A program made the position numbers and the translations under genes. DNA of 64,000 nucleotides. It comes from a phage. The notes under the pieces were generated by a model that was not told where the DNA came from, searched no databases, and saw only the letters and a list, made by a program, of their open reading frames with translations. Shown piece by piece: positions 37,761 through 47,882 of this stretch. The stretch lies in the sequence record PZ452584.1; one strand, written 5' to 3'. Within the stretch, counting starts at the first letter, position 1; each line of letters starts with the position of its first letter.

Positions 37761-38182
37761 TTAATATTACAGCAGCAGTGTACTGTGTCAATATGGACAC
37801 TATAAATCTTATCCATATCAGGAGATTTGACAGGCTCATCAATTATATATAAAATTCGCGAAAGCGATAAACCTCTGAACTTGCTTCCTTTATTACCGAT
37901 AAAACTGCGCACAGAATCAGTAAATAAACGAAAACGTATATCATCATTAGAATAACGCGAAAATTCCTTTTTGATGCTATTTGCAGAAATTTTAGCGTAA
38001 GCTGAAGTATTAGAAAGAACAATAACTGTTCCACCATCTATACGAAGTGTGCAATACTGCTTAAGTAAGTCTTCAAATGGTGGGATATAATCGTTTTTAC
38101 AAATTTCTTCTACTCTAGCATCAGAATGGTGTGTAAAAGCATTCATCAGGGATAGATAAGGACCAGTTAAAAATGTTCTCAT
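37706..38182 (-). CDS. hypothetical Cys-rich protein
   Basis: 158-aa ORF, C-terminal HCCCNIKCC. Confidence 0.35.
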   Translation of the reverse strand: MRTFLTGPYLSLMNAFTHHSDARVEEICKNDYIPPFEDLLKQYCTLRIDGGTVIVLSNTSAYAKISANSIKKEFSRYSNDDIRFRLFTDSVRSFIGNKGSKFRGLSLSRILYIIDEPVKSPDMDKIYSVHIDTVHCCCNIKCCIGGITRPQFFVIGMQ

Positions 38183-38326
38183 TTCTTCTCTCTAAATTTG
38201 GGCCATTCCGTGGCGCATGAATTGTCCATTTCTGTATTTACCCATTACCGCGCTTGGGCTCGACCTTATTACAGGTTGGCGGGAATCCCTCATATAATCA
38301 TGAGGTCCAGGTTGTTCCCATGTTAT

Positions 38327-38743
38327 TTAAATGTAAATATTTTTGCCGTAATACTTATACCAGTGCGGCTTCATTAAAATTTTTTCATCGAGTCGTTGTT
38401 GACTCAACCTAATAGCTGATTTGCATGGATTATAATCATTTTTCCATTCTACTGGAATATCACTGATGTCAGGAACTTCAGTATCTTTTATACTAAACCT
38501 GCGTTTTAAGCATTCCGTTATAATGTCTGATTGACGCTTTCGCAAAAATTCTAACTTATCGTAAAAGAACGTAACATGACCAGAACCTAAAATAAACTCG
38601 GAAGATATTTTAAAATCTTTAACCCGTTTACCATTTTCCACGTGTTTACGAATTATACCAAAAACACGTGGCAATTCACGGTATTCCGCGATTAAATGTT
38701 GATCAGCAAGTTCAGATACTAAAGTCAAATTAATACGAGTCAT
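38327..38743 (-). CDS. denV: endonuclease V (pyrimidine-dimer DNA glycosylase) DenV
   Basis: 138 aa [28 protein letters not shown]...; clearly homologous to but divergent from T4 DenV as recalled. Confidence 0.88.
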   Translation of the reverse strand: MTRINLTLVSELADQHLIAEYRELPRVFGIIRKHVENGKRVKDFKISSEFILGSGHVTFFYDKLEFLRKRQSDIITECLKRRFSIKDTEVPDISDIPVEWKNDYNPCKSAIRLSQQRLDEKILMKPHWYKYYGKNIYI

Positions 38744-38768
38744 TTTACCCCTCCAAGTAATTATGAAT

Positions 38769-38798
38769 ATACTATCACAATTCTAGGAGAAAGTAAAC
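38769..38798 (-). promoter_or_regulatory. sigma70-type early promoter (denV)
   Basis: GTTTAC-N18-TAGTAT. Confidence 0.5.
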
Positions 38799-38800
38799 TG

Positions 38801-39103
38801 TTATTTACCTTTAATTACTTTAGCTGCTTCGATAGCCGCTTGCTGAAGGTCATCCATAGACATACCGAATTTAGAAGCAAAGTTATCAATTTTCTTTTCG
38901 ACAGCATTCAAAGGCTTGGCCTGTTTACCTTCATTAGCGCCAGGAAGAGCGAGAATACGCTCTTTGTCAATATAAAGGCTTACAAGTTTCTTACGGTCTT
39001 TATCGGACAAATCATGAAATGAATGGGCCTTTTTATTTATAGCGGCTTCTAATTTACCTGCACTCACTCGCGCTTCAGTAATAAATTCTTGATATGTTTT
39101 CAT
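38801..39103 (-). CDS. ipII: internal protein IPII-like (capsid-targeted)
   Basis: 100 aa, N-terminal capsid-targeting sequence MKTYQEFITEA. Confidence 0.75.
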   Translation of the reverse strand: MKTYQEFITEARVSAGKLEAAINKKAHSFHDLSDKDRKKLVSLYIDKERILALPGANEGKQAKPLNAVEKKIDNFASKFGMSMDDLQQAAIEAAKVIKGK

Positions 39104-39144
39104 ATGTTTCCTTTAAATGTAAATAGGTCTGAGTATTAGCTTTA

Positions 39145-39741
39145 TTAGGAATTACGGGCTGCATTAGCAACGGCGTAAGCGTACTGAACATTAGCGTCTT
39201 TAAACTTACCTTTAGAGGTATCTATTTCTGCCTTAAAGCCACCTTTAGTCATAACATCGGCAAATTCTTTACGGAAAGCCATTGCATCAAGACCTTTCCA
39301 TGATGATTTATGCTTGGCAAATTCAAGACCTGCGAAGTTGACAGCTTTAGCCAATTTATTATCAATGACCCATTTACCGGCTTTAGGCACAAACTTCGGG
39401 CCTTTCTGTTTAGAGAACAGTTTTAAATTCCAGCGGCGAAGGTCACTGTCGGCTTTAACAAAAGCTGCGTCTAAGTTACTAGCAACAACATCTTCAATAT
39501 GAGCAAATTTAAGTCCGTCAACTTCAATATTTAAATCGGTACGCCAGCGAAGTCCTTCCCAAGCGAAGGCTTTAAAGTCGGAAGCCTTTGTAGCTAAGTA
39601 CCGTTCAATAGGAGCTGTTTTAGGGTCAAAGCCGTTTCCTGGGCGGTCAACACCATTTCCTCGGTAGGTCCACTCATCTTTGTTAATGCCTTTGGCCTTT
39701 ACTACAGAAGCTTCGGCAATAAATTCTTGATATGTTTTCAT
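39145..39741 (-). CDS. ipIII: internal protein IPIII-like (capsid-targeted)
   Basis: 198 aa, N-terminal MKTYQEFIAEA capsid-targeting sequence. Confidence 0.75.
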   Translation of the reverse strand: MKTYQEFIAEASVVKAKGINKDEWTYRGNGVDRPGNGFDPKTAPIERYLATKASDFKAFAWEGLRWRTDLNIEVDGLKFAHIEDVVASNLDAAFVKADSDLRRWNLKLFSKQKGPKFVPKAGKWVIDNKLAKAVNFAGLEFAKHKSSWKGLDAMAFRKEFADVMTKGGFKAEIDTSKGKFKDANVQYAYAVANAARNS

Positions 39742-39800
39742 ATGTTTCCTTTAAATGTAAATATTTTAATTAGTAATTGTCTATTCAAGTAATTGTGAAT

Positions 39801-39830
39801 ATACTATCACAGTTCCAAGAGAAAGTAAAC
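39801..39830 (-). promoter_or_regulatory. sigma70-type early promoter
   Basis: GTTTAC-N18-TAGTAT upstream of ipIII. Confidence 0.45.
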
Positions 39831-39834
39831 AACT

Positions 39835-40803
<969 letters not shown>

Positions 40804-40822
<19 letters not shown>

Positions 40823-41292
40823 TCAGTGATAAAGTTATTTAAATTTTGAGCATATTTCTTTTCATCAAAAATCTTTTGCTGTCTGCGTAAACGCCATGGC
40901 ATTTCAATGAACATACGCCATATTCCTGATAATACTGCTGCTGTAAAAATATTAACAAGTATAGTTAAAAGAATCCAATCGCCTATTCTGTCCATTGGAT
41001 TTTTTATAAAAAAGTAAAATACGAATGATGATATAGGAAGACTAATGATATACCACAGAAGAACCTTCTTATCTGTGAACCAATCAGCATTTGTTAACTT
41101 AGCGCGACCATTTTGAATACACACGAATTTATCATCTGTTACAGTAAATGGCTTAGCTGCTTGATATCCCATTCTAAACTCCCTAATTAATCGTTTCTTT
41201 GTATCTTCGGAACAACCATTCCAGTCAACTCTATCAACTGAAATGCCATCATCCCCATCATCTAAATCATACCAGCGAGTTTTTAAAATCAT
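40804..41292 (-). CDS. small membrane protein, tandem-array member 4
   Basis: 162 aa, 2 TM helices, C-terminal FITECRKLK; ATGA start/stop overlaps. Confidence 0.5.
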
Positions 41293-41651
41293 TTAATTTT
41301 CCTACAATCACTCACAAACTCTTTCATTGCTTCATTTTCAATATAAGACATGTAGCTATTATATTCTTTTAATTGTATTTTGTAATCTTTTTTTCTTTGC
41401 CAATTTATTTTAAAATTATCATAATGAAAATATAAAATGATACCAAAGAATGAAAATAATGAAATAATTTTAGTATAGTGAAGTTCACTCCAAACTTCTA
41501 TTATATCTACTGTACCACTGATTTTTAAAATAAAACAGTCAATTAATAGTCCAATAAGACTACCCGTAAGAGCTGCAGCCAACGCCACAGCAAAAATCAA
41601 AAATGACTCAGGAAGCGAATATTTGACTTTATTTAGTTTTGGCTTTTGCAT
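41289..41651 (-). CDS. small membrane protein, tandem-array member 3
   Basis: 120 aa, 2 TM helices, C-terminal FVSDCRKIK. Confidence 0.5.
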   Translation of the reverse strand: MQKPKLNKVKYSLPESFLIFAVALAAALTGSLIGLLIDCFILKISGTVDIIEVWSELHYTKIISLFSFFGIILYFHYDNFKINWQRKKDYKIQLKEYNSYMSYIENEAMKEFVSDCRKIK

Positions 41652-42025
41652 CGTGATTCCTTAACAAATTTCATAATTTCATCAAATTCATATGCAGCAA
41701 GTTTAAGCTGGTGTTCCTTTTTAATCTTTTTACACTGTGCTTTCCAATCACGTACGCGTTTACGATAATGCCTTCCTTGATACCAGTATCCTACCCAATT
41801 TACAGGTACTAATAAAAATGGAACTATTAATGGAAGAATTAGCATTAATACAAGTATTTCGCCAGAATCAATATCAGTCATAACATCTAAAACACCTCCA
41901 ATAATCAATAGAATTACAAATGATATGAGTATAACAGGACCTATTAATACATCAGTAGAAATTATCTGACGCTTTAATTCATACTTTAAGGGTTTACTTG
42001 GAAGATACATTGATGGCTTTGACAT
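41633..42025 (-). CDS. small membrane protein, tandem-array member 2
   Basis: 130 aa, 2 TM helices, C-terminal FVKESRCKSQN. Confidence 0.5.
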   Translation of the reverse strand: MSKPSMYLPSKPLKYELKRQIISTDVLIGPVILISFVILLIIGGVLDVMTDIDSGEILVLMLILPLIVPFLLVPVNWVGYWYQGRHYRKRVRDWKAQCKKIKKEHQLKLAAYEFDEIMKFVKESRCKSQN

Positions 42026-42602
42026 ATTCTCTGCATTCCTTCACAAATTTTTCTAGTAATAAATCGCTTTCAAAATTGGGATTTTCCACGAATTTATCAA
42101 AAAGATCATCAACAATAGTTAAGATATTCTTTTTACTAAGAATACGTTTATTTTCATGCTTCGTTTCAGAATCAACTATAAGAGTAAAGAAATATTTCTT
42201 TCCCTGAAATTTTACCGTAGTATCAATATAAAATAAATTTGACTTTTGTAAATTACGTTTAAACCATGCGTCACTTAAACTATAAACGCCAAGATAATCA
42301 TAATCGTCGTTTAAATAACAAACTGTCCATTCAGGAGAAATGAAATCAGTAAATTCAACATCAAAATCACATGTCAATGAATAAATTGATTCAATACTGT
42401 TAATAAGTATTCCAGGACGTATTAAAGACTTTTTACCTCTGGAAAATCTTCCAGAAAGGCTTTCATCAGTTTCATATGAAGAACCCCAATAATAATTACG
42501 TCCTTCTGCCATACGTTTAAGAGCATTTAGTAATTGGTCTGGAACATCAACCTGTCTTTGGAACTCTTCAAACATTGAATTGAAATCACTTTGCATTTTC
42601 AC
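41994..42602 (-). CDS. hypothetical protein, tandem-array member 1
   Basis: 202 aa, C-terminal FVKECREYV motif shared with downstream genes. Confidence 0.5.
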   Translation of the reverse strand: MKMQSDFNSMFEEFQRQVDVPDQLLNALKRMAEGRNYYWGSSYETDESLSGRFSRGKKSLIRPGILINSIESIYSLTCDFDVEFTDFISPEWTVCYLNDDYDYLGVYSLSDAWFKRNLQKSNLFYIDTTVKFQGKKYFFTLIVDSETKHENKRILSKKNILTIVDDLFDKFVENPNFESDLLLEKFVKECREYVKAINVSSK

Positions 42603-42623
42603 TCCTATTTACTCCAAGTAATA

Positions 42624-42637
42624 GGGGCCGAAGCCCC
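42624..42637 (-). terminator. C(UUCG)G tetraloop hairpin
   Basis: GGGGC-UUCG-GCCCC. Confidence 0.45.
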
Positions 42638-42643
42638 TTATCA

Positions 42644-43237
42644 TTATTTCAGAGAATTAATATATTCCTGAACATCGGCAGAGGTAGTTTCAACCCCAGA
42701 AATATTACCATTAAAGGTTTCAACTCGAGCAAGGGTATCTTCAATATCAACCTTAGTCAGTGCTGCAATTTCAACTACATCATCAGCAGTACTAATTCCA
42801 AGGGCATTTGCTGCACGAGTTTCACGGATATATTCCAATTTAACTGCAAGTTCTTGGCGAGCATCATCTAACTCAACTACTTTCTTGGCGATTTCAATTC
42901 GCATTTCAGCATAACCATCAGCTTTAGTAGTCAGCTGTTCAGCTGTTCGACGATATAGCAAACCGAGTTTAGCATGCATTGTTACATCTTGACCTTCGGA
43001 AAGAAGTTTACGAATTTCACGCTCTTTTGATTCGGCCTGTCGATTCTTTTCGGCAATAAGTTCACGAATACGTTTTTCTTCATTAATAGATTTAACAGAA
43101 GCAGTTTTTAGGTCTTTAATTTTATCAAGTAGTTTTGCTGCTGCGGCAGTATACTGTTCTTCAACAGATAGATTTTTGGCCATAGCAGAACCAAGTTTAG
43201 TGCGAATAAACTCAACAATTTTCTTCAGTGTGTTCAT
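42644..43237 (-). CDS. coiled-coil protein (PspA/IM30-like composition)
   Basis: 197 aa, long heptad-rich helices; ATG with SD AAGGAA. Confidence 0.4.
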   Translation of the reverse strand: MNTLKKIVEFIRTKLGSAMAKNLSVEEQYTAAAAKLLDKIKDLKTASVKSINEEKRIRELIAEKNRQAESKEREIRKLLSEGQDVTMHAKLGLLYRRTAEQLTTKADGYAEMRIEIAKKVVELDDARQELAVKLEYIRETRAANALGISTADDVVEIAALTKVDIEDTLARVETFNGNISGVETTSADVQEYINSLK

Positions 43238-43280
43238 AGTATTTCCTTAGGTTAATTAAGATTTAAAATCCATGAGAGTA

Positions 43281-43457
43281 TTATACTCCGGATAGTTTGT
43301 AAACTATTTCAACATCGTCTTTTGCTGCTTTATAACCTTCAGCCCAAGATACAACCGAGTTTTTATCTGAAGATTCAAATTCTGGCATTGGGCTTTCGCC
43401 AATGTTCACGCAGTGTGTTTCTTCATTTTCGTCAAACCAAATAATTAAAGTAGTCAT
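43281..43457 (-). CDS. small acidic protein (58 aa)
   Basis: ATG 43455-43457 with SD GGAGAAATAA; not in ORF track. Confidence 0.35.
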   Translation of the reverse strand: MTTLIIWFDENEETHCVNIGESPMPEFESSDKNSVVSWAEGYKAAKDDVEIVYKLSGV

Positions 43458-43526
43458 TTATTTCTCCGTTTTCTGTATTTGTTTTGATAAGTCTATAATA
43501 ACACCGTCCTTGGTGTTTGTACACAA

Positions 43527-43790
43527 TTATTTCATATTATTGAAATATTCTTCTGCGATTTCATCGTTATCATGGTAAACTTTAGAAGACAGTTTAACAT
43601 AACCTTCAGCAGTGAACATGTTAATCACAACCTTTACAGTATACCACTGACCGTCTTCATTACCCATTACTGCGTAAGTTTCAAACATCGGATGATCAGG
43701 ACCGATAACTTTAATATCATTCACTGTACGACCAAAATCTTCTGAAACACATTTCATAAAGAAGTTGAACAGTTCGCCGTAATTATCCAT
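43527..43790 (-). CDS. hypothetical protein
   Basis: 87 aa from ATG 43788-43790 (SD GGAG). Confidence 0.4.
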   Translation of the reverse strand: MDNYGELFNFFMKCVSEDFGRTVNDIKVIGPDHPMFETYAVMGNEDGQWYTVKVVINMFTAEGYVKLSSKVYHDNDEIAEEYFNNMK

Positions 43791-43833
43791 TTCATTCTCC
43801 AAGTTGTTTTCTGTATCAGTAGTTGATAGTTGT

Positions 43834-43863
43834 ATAGTACCATGGAAGAACAGGGATGTAAAC
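43834..43863 (-). promoter_or_regulatory. sigma70-type early promoter with conserved leader block
   Basis: GTTTAC-N18-TACTAT-ACAACTATCAAC with 11-nt A-tract upstream. Confidence 0.5.
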
Positions 43864-43897
43864 AGTTTTGTGAAAAAAAAAAATTTTTAAAGGTTTT

Positions 43898-43921
43898 GGG
43901 GAATTCTAGGGCAGGGAGGGG
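43898..43921 (+). other. G-quadruplex-type motif G4-N7-G3-N2-G3-N1-G4
   Basis: ggggaattctagggcagggagggg on plus strand in an otherwise AT-rich genome. Confidence 0.4.
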
Positions 43922-44000
43922 AAATCAAAGGATAGGATAATATATTATAAAGGATAGAAACTAAATGATGCCTAGAGAGGCCTGGAAAGGCCTAGATACC

Positions 44001-44029
44001 AAAAAATCCCTATCATTTAGATAGGGATT
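44001..44029 (-). terminator. intrinsic terminator after IP-like gene
   Basis: hairpin AAUCCCUAUC/GAUAGGGAUU followed by U6 on minus-sense RNA. Confidence 0.55.
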
Positions 44030-44034
44030 TAAAA

Positions 44035-44598
44035 TTATTTACCCAGTTTAGTTATTATAGCTTCGGCAGCAGCTTTTAGCTTAGATGCAGTGTTAATACG
44101 ATTTTTAATTTCAGTATACGCATCGCCAAGAACATCAAGGCTGTCAGAATAAACACTTACACTATTGCGTTCGCTATTTGAAATAGAACCTTTAGTTTTA
44201 CGATCAAAATCGGTGTACACGTCTTGAAGATCGCGGGCTGCCTTCTTTGCATCATCCAATGCATCAAGAGCTTTATTCAAAGCATTGACATATTTTTTAG
44301 TGTCAAACATATTCTTAGAAATTTTAACAGGTGCACGTTCAGGAGTAGCTAAGGCAGATTTAGGAACCTGAGCGCCTGATGCTAATTTCTTAGAAATTTT
44401 GAAAAATGCTTTATTGAATTTATTTTCTTGACTCATCGTAAAAGAACTATTATCAATGTTATACATTTCAATAGCTTTAGCTTTCCACTTAAGAAAATCG
44501 CCCCGGTCTTTTGGGTCCAAGTGGAAGAATACTTTAGTAAGATCTGTTTCAGATGGTAATTTTGCTGCTTCGGTTAAAAATTCGGCATAGGTTTTCAT
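44035..44598 (-). CDS. internal-protein-like capsid-targeted protein (187 aa)
   Basis: N-terminal MKTYAEFLTEA resembles IP capsid-targeting sequence; lies upstream of a terminator. Confidence 0.6.
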   Translation of the reverse strand: MKTYAEFLTEAAKLPSETDLTKVFFHLDPKDRGDFLKWKAKAIEMYNIDNSSFTMSQENKFNKAFFKISKKLASGAQVPKSALATPERAPVKISKNMFDTKKYVNALNKALDALDDAKKAARDLQDVYTDFDRKTKGSISNSERNSVSVYSDSLDVLGDAYTEIKNRINTASKLKAAAEAIITKLGK

Positions 44599-44685
44599 TT
44601 AAAATCCTTGAAATAATCTATCGGTTGGTTATTAATTATTTATTACTTTGTTATTATCCGTAACAGCATTCTCTGAGTGATTCAA

Positions 44686-44715
44686 ACTAAAAAGCCCCAA
44701 CCTTTCGGTCGGGGC
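44686..44715 (-). terminator. intrinsic terminator downstream of tRNA/stable-RNA cluster
   Basis: GCCCCGACC-GAAA-GGUUGGGGC followed by UUUUU. Confidence 0.65.
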
Positions 44716-45032
44716 TAAGCCTTGCGGCAACCTTGTCGGGGTTCCACCTGCTAAGGCAAGTGTTTGTACGAAACGCCGGGATTTGAACCCGGTTATTAAG
44801 TAGTTGACGCTACTCAATATTTTTAAAAGGCCATATCTCAACCATATCCGAACGTTCCGTCAAAAACGCTACTCGGCTTACGGCAAAGATATTTCCTCGA
44901 ATCGATAATTCGGTGCGCCGTTTCTGCTGTGATATAAGGGGGCATTAATAAAACATAAAGATTTATTAATGCCAGTCCTTAAACAGGGAGCATCAGTCCG
45001 ACGACTTACCGGTAGCGACCCGGTTTCTTGTT
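44716..45032 (-). ncRNA. putative small stable RNA region (tRNA-like element, no complete tRNA)
   Basis: contains T-arm-like CCGGGTTCAAATCCCGG and several stem-loops between tRNA-Arg and terminator; acceptor stem cannot be completed. Confidence 0.3.
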
Positions 45033-45109
<77 letters not shown>

Positions 45110-45112
45110 TAA

Positions 45113-45778
45113 TTAAAATTTCATTTTTCGACCTTTAAACCATCCTTCTGGAATTGGGTCAGTTTTCTTAATACGTTTAGAAACTTTTTCATCTAATGAA
45201 TGAATCCACATCATACCAAATTGGGAATTCTTTTCACCTTGTTGGTGTTTATTTCTGGCGTGAGATTCTTTCATTTTATTAATAGTTTCAGGAGTATGGG
45301 TCTTACCCAAGAAAGATTTAGTATTTAAAAATTTCTCTCTATACTTAGGATTATCCCAAAGCTGTTTAAACCTTTCTGAACCCATTTTACGATATTTTTC
45401 TTTAAGGTCTAGGTCGTTCTCAAATCTGGTTTTAAAAGCAGCAGCCCCTTTTAAGGAAGCTTCTTTCTTTTTATCCAAATATTCTTTAGTGTTTAAATGG
45501 TCCCAACCACCTTCACCACCTAATTTCAAATTATAAACATCAGGGCGCTTTAAAAACTCTTCAGTCACAATATTCTTTTCTGACTCAAACATAGAGGTTT
45601 TATCGTCAAAGAACTCTAATATTTCTTTAGAGAAATTTTCTATACCATACTTGTCTTGGGCTCTTTTTAATAATTTACCAGAACCCATATATCCATCATC
45701 TAAATTTTCGGTAGAATGAGCGCCTATATAGATTTTATTATTAATTTTATTTGTTATTTTATAAGTGTAATGGAACAT
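45113..45778 (-). mobile_element. segB: GIY-YIG homing endonuclease SegB
   Basis: 221 aa, N-terminal YTYKITNKINNKIYIGAHS GIY-YIG motif; embedded in tRNA cluster as in T4. Confidence 0.85.
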
Positions 45779-45819
45779 AAATATCTCCTATTTCTAAGAG
45801 TATTTATGTTCCCAAAATA

Positions 45820-45891
45820 TGGCCCTGGGTGGAATTGAACCACCATCTGGCGATTATGAGTCGCTTGCTTGAACCTTCCAGCTACAGGGCC
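45820..45891 (-). tRNA. tRNA-Ile (anticodon CAU; Met by anticodon alone)
   Basis: manual fold: acceptor GGCCCUG/CAGGGCC, anticodon loop CUCAUAA, T arm GGUGG-UUCAAUU-CCACC. Confidence 0.75.
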
Positions 45892-45897
45892 TTGATA

Positions 45898-45970
45898 TGC
45901 TGATTGACGGAATCGAACCGCCGACATCCTCATTACAAGTGAGGTGCTCTACCTACTGAGCTAAATCAGC
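45898..45970 (-). tRNA. tRNA-Thr (anticodon UGU)
   Basis: acceptor GCUGAUU/AAUCAGC, anticodon loop CUUGUAA, T loop GGUUCGAUUCC. Confidence 0.8.
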
Positions 45971-45977
45971 GAAATTA

Positions 45978-46064
45978 CGGAGGCGATAGGATTTGAACCT
46001 ATGAGTCGCCGGAGCGACTGCCGGTTTTCAAGACCGGTGCATTAAACCACTCTGCCACGCCTCC
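45978..46064 (-). tRNA. tRNA-Ser (anticodon UGA), long variable arm
   Basis: acceptor GGAGGCG/CGCCUCC, anticodon loop CUUGAAA, T loop GGUUCAAAUCC. Confidence 0.8.
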
Positions 46065-46066
46065 AG

Positions 46067-46140
46067 TCTCCGCGGCAGGATTTGAACCTGCGACATTCTG
46101 CTCCCAAAGCAGACGCTCTACCAAACTGAGCTACACGGAG
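46067..46140 (-). tRNA. tRNA-Pro (anticodon UGG)
   Basis: acceptor CUCCGUG/CGCGGAG, anticodon loop UUUGGGA, T arm GCAGG-UUCAAAU-CCUGC. Confidence 0.8.
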
Positions 46141-46152
46141 TAAATTAAATTT

Positions 46153-46224
<72 letters not shown>

Positions 46225-46230
46225 AAACTT

Positions 46231-46317
46231 TGGTACGAGAAGTGGGACTCGAACCCACAAGGAAATCATTCCGCAGCATTTTAAGTGCTGTGCCTTTACC
46301 AATTTGACCATTCTCGC
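46231..46317 (-). tRNA. tRNA-Leu (anticodon UAA), CCA encoded
   Basis: acceptor GCGAGAA/UUCUCGU, anticodon loop CUUAAAA, long variable arm, T loop GGGUUCGAGUCCC, 3' ACCA. Confidence 0.8.
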
Positions 46318-46318
46318 G

Positions 46319-46391
46319 CTGGGAATAAAGGACTCGAACCTTTGCATCTAGCAGTCAAAGTGCTATGCCTTACCAACTTGGCTAATTCCCA
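46319..46391 (-). tRNA. tRNA-Gln (anticodon UUG)
   Basis: acceptor UGGGAAU/AUUCCCA, anticodon loop CUUUGAC, T loop GGUUCGAGUCC; abuts tRNA-Leu. Confidence 0.8.
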
Positions 46392-46477
46392 ATTATTAAC
46401 AAAGGCTCTCTAACAAGAACCCTTGATGATAGAGGGTATTAATCAGTGCGGTATGAGTTAATAATAACAAATAATTC

Positions 46478-46993
46478 TTAAAGCAAATTAAACATTTTAA
46501 CTGCAGGTATTACAATTTCTTTTTCTATATAAGAGCATTTAACACTCTCAACTACACGCAAAAAATCATAATCATAATACTCAGAAGCATTACCTAAAAT
46601 ATTAATAAGTCCTTCAAGCACTTTATTACCATTCACAAAGAATAAGTCAAATACACGTTCTTCGTCTTCTTCGGATTCATTACCAAAGTCAACTTCTATA
46701 TCAAAGACCTTTTTAATGAATTCTGGATAAAGCTGGTCTGAGAACAGTCCTTCAACCAAGTATTCATAAATAAAAAGCGATTGCTCACTGAACAAGCCAT
46801 TACCACAATAACGTTCAACTTTAGTATTAGAATGTCGGCTTTTAAACTTCTTTAAAAGATATTGGAACTGTAAGATTTCATGTTCTTTAATTCCAAATAT
46901 TGATTTAGTTTTATAATTATCACCATCATTTTCCCATGTAGTGACATCAATTACATAACCCTTAGGAATTGTACAGCCTAAACGAATATTCAT
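46478..46993 (-). CDS. hypothetical protein
   Basis: 171-aa ORF upstream of tRNA cluster. Confidence 0.45.
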   Translation of the reverse strand: MNIRLGCTIPKGYVIDVTTWENDGDNYKTKSIFGIKEHEILQFQYLLKKFKSRHSNTKVERYCGNGLFSEQSLFIYEYLVEGLFSDQLYPEFIKKVFDIEVDFGNESEEDEERVFDLFFVNGNKVLEGLINILGNASEYYDYDFLRVVESVKCSYIEKEIVIPAVKMFNLL

Positions 46994-47283
46994 TTGCTCA
47001 CCATATTAATGTAAGTATATTTAATACATTCAAGACCCAAAGGATTCTTGAAAATATCATATTCAAGAGGACCTTTTTCTGTTTCAATAAAGAAATCAAA
47101 ATTTACTGTATTAAATTTACGGTCTTCCTTCAATAATTTAACCTGAGAAGATGAACGGTCAACATAAACCTTTTCAACTTCAAAACATGTTAAAACGCCA
47201 TAATCATCAATCAAGGCTTTAGCCGCGTCTTGATCATATTTATATCCATTTTCAATGGACGATACTTTAGCATAAAGAATCAT
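46990..47283 (-). CDS. hypothetical protein
   Basis: 97-aa ORF. Confidence 0.45.
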   Translation of the reverse strand: MILYAKVSSIENGYKYDQDAAKALIDDYGVLTCFEVEKVYVDRSSSQVKLLKEDRKFNTVNFDFFIETEKGPLEYDIFKNPLGLECIKYTYINMVSK

Positions 47284-47286
47284 TAT

Positions 47287-47667
47287 TTACCCTTCATCAA
47301 CAATAGTATGAGTGTGGGCATTTACAATTTGCCACCAATCAAAGCGATTAGAACCATACATTGGTTTGTTCTCATTTTCTTTGATAATGTTACGGAGTTC
47401 ATCTTCGGTAGCGGCTTTCGCGATTAAATCAGCATATCCACCGCGAGGATAATAATTATCACCTGCAAAAAGTAAAAAGTTCGGTTTAATATTATTGAAC
47501 TCTTCAAGAGTAATAACTTTTCCTGTCGGTTGAACAATCTCTACATATTTATATCCTAATTTTTGAGCAGCATCTACTGCTTCAAGCAAAGTATCATGAG
47601 CCCATCCAATTTGACAACCTGGCTTTTCAGATGGATTAGCCTGATAATCCGCGTACACTTTATACAT
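47287..47667 (-). CDS. hypothetical protein
   Basis: 126 aa from ATG 47665-47667 (SD AGGTGA). Confidence 0.45.
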   Translation of the reverse strand: MYKVYADYQANPSEKPGCQIGWAHDTLLEAVDAAQKLGYKYVEIVQPTGKVITLEEFNNIKPNFLLFAGDNYYPRGGYADLIAKAATEDELRNIIKENENKPMYGSNRFDWWQIVNAHTHTIVDEG

Positions 47668-47668
47668 T

Positions 47669-47854
47669 CTATTCACCTTTAGAAATTTTATCCATAACGA
47701 TAGCAATTAAACCAATTAAAAATGCTACTACAAGTGAAAACACATTTTCTGCTGTAGTCAATAATCCGCATATAAATCCAACAAACATTGAAAAACTAAA
47801 AGCAGAAGCAGAAATTGCAATAGCAACATTTCGAATTAATTCACAACGTTTCAT
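47669..47854 (-). CDS. small membrane protein
   Basis: 61 aa, two hydrophobic helices; ATG with SD GAGGAG. Confidence 0.45.
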   Translation of the reverse strand: MKRCELIRNVAIAISASAFSFSMFVGFICGLLTTAENVFSLVVAFLIGLIAIVMDKISKGE

Positions 47855-47882
47855 TTTATTCTCCTCAGTAGTTGATAGGGTA

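Noticed and set aside
39742-39800. Late promoter upstream of ipIII/ipII (sequence ATATTTACATTTAAAGG)
   Set aside because: Does not match TATAAATA; only the sigma70-type early promoter is called.
43271-43304. Apparent promoter GTTTAC ... TATAAT at 43280-43304
   Set aside because: Spacer between -35 and -10 is only 13 nt, unlike the 18-nt spacing of the other early promoters; not called.
44740-44830. Ninth tRNA at 44740-44830
   Set aside because: Good T-arm but no complementary acceptor stem or anticodon stem could be built; called tRNA-like/stable RNA only.
44632-44841. Minus-strand ORF 44632-44841 (69 aa)
   Set aside because: Overlaps the intrinsic terminator and tRNA-like RNA region downstream of tRNA-Arg; more likely non-coding.
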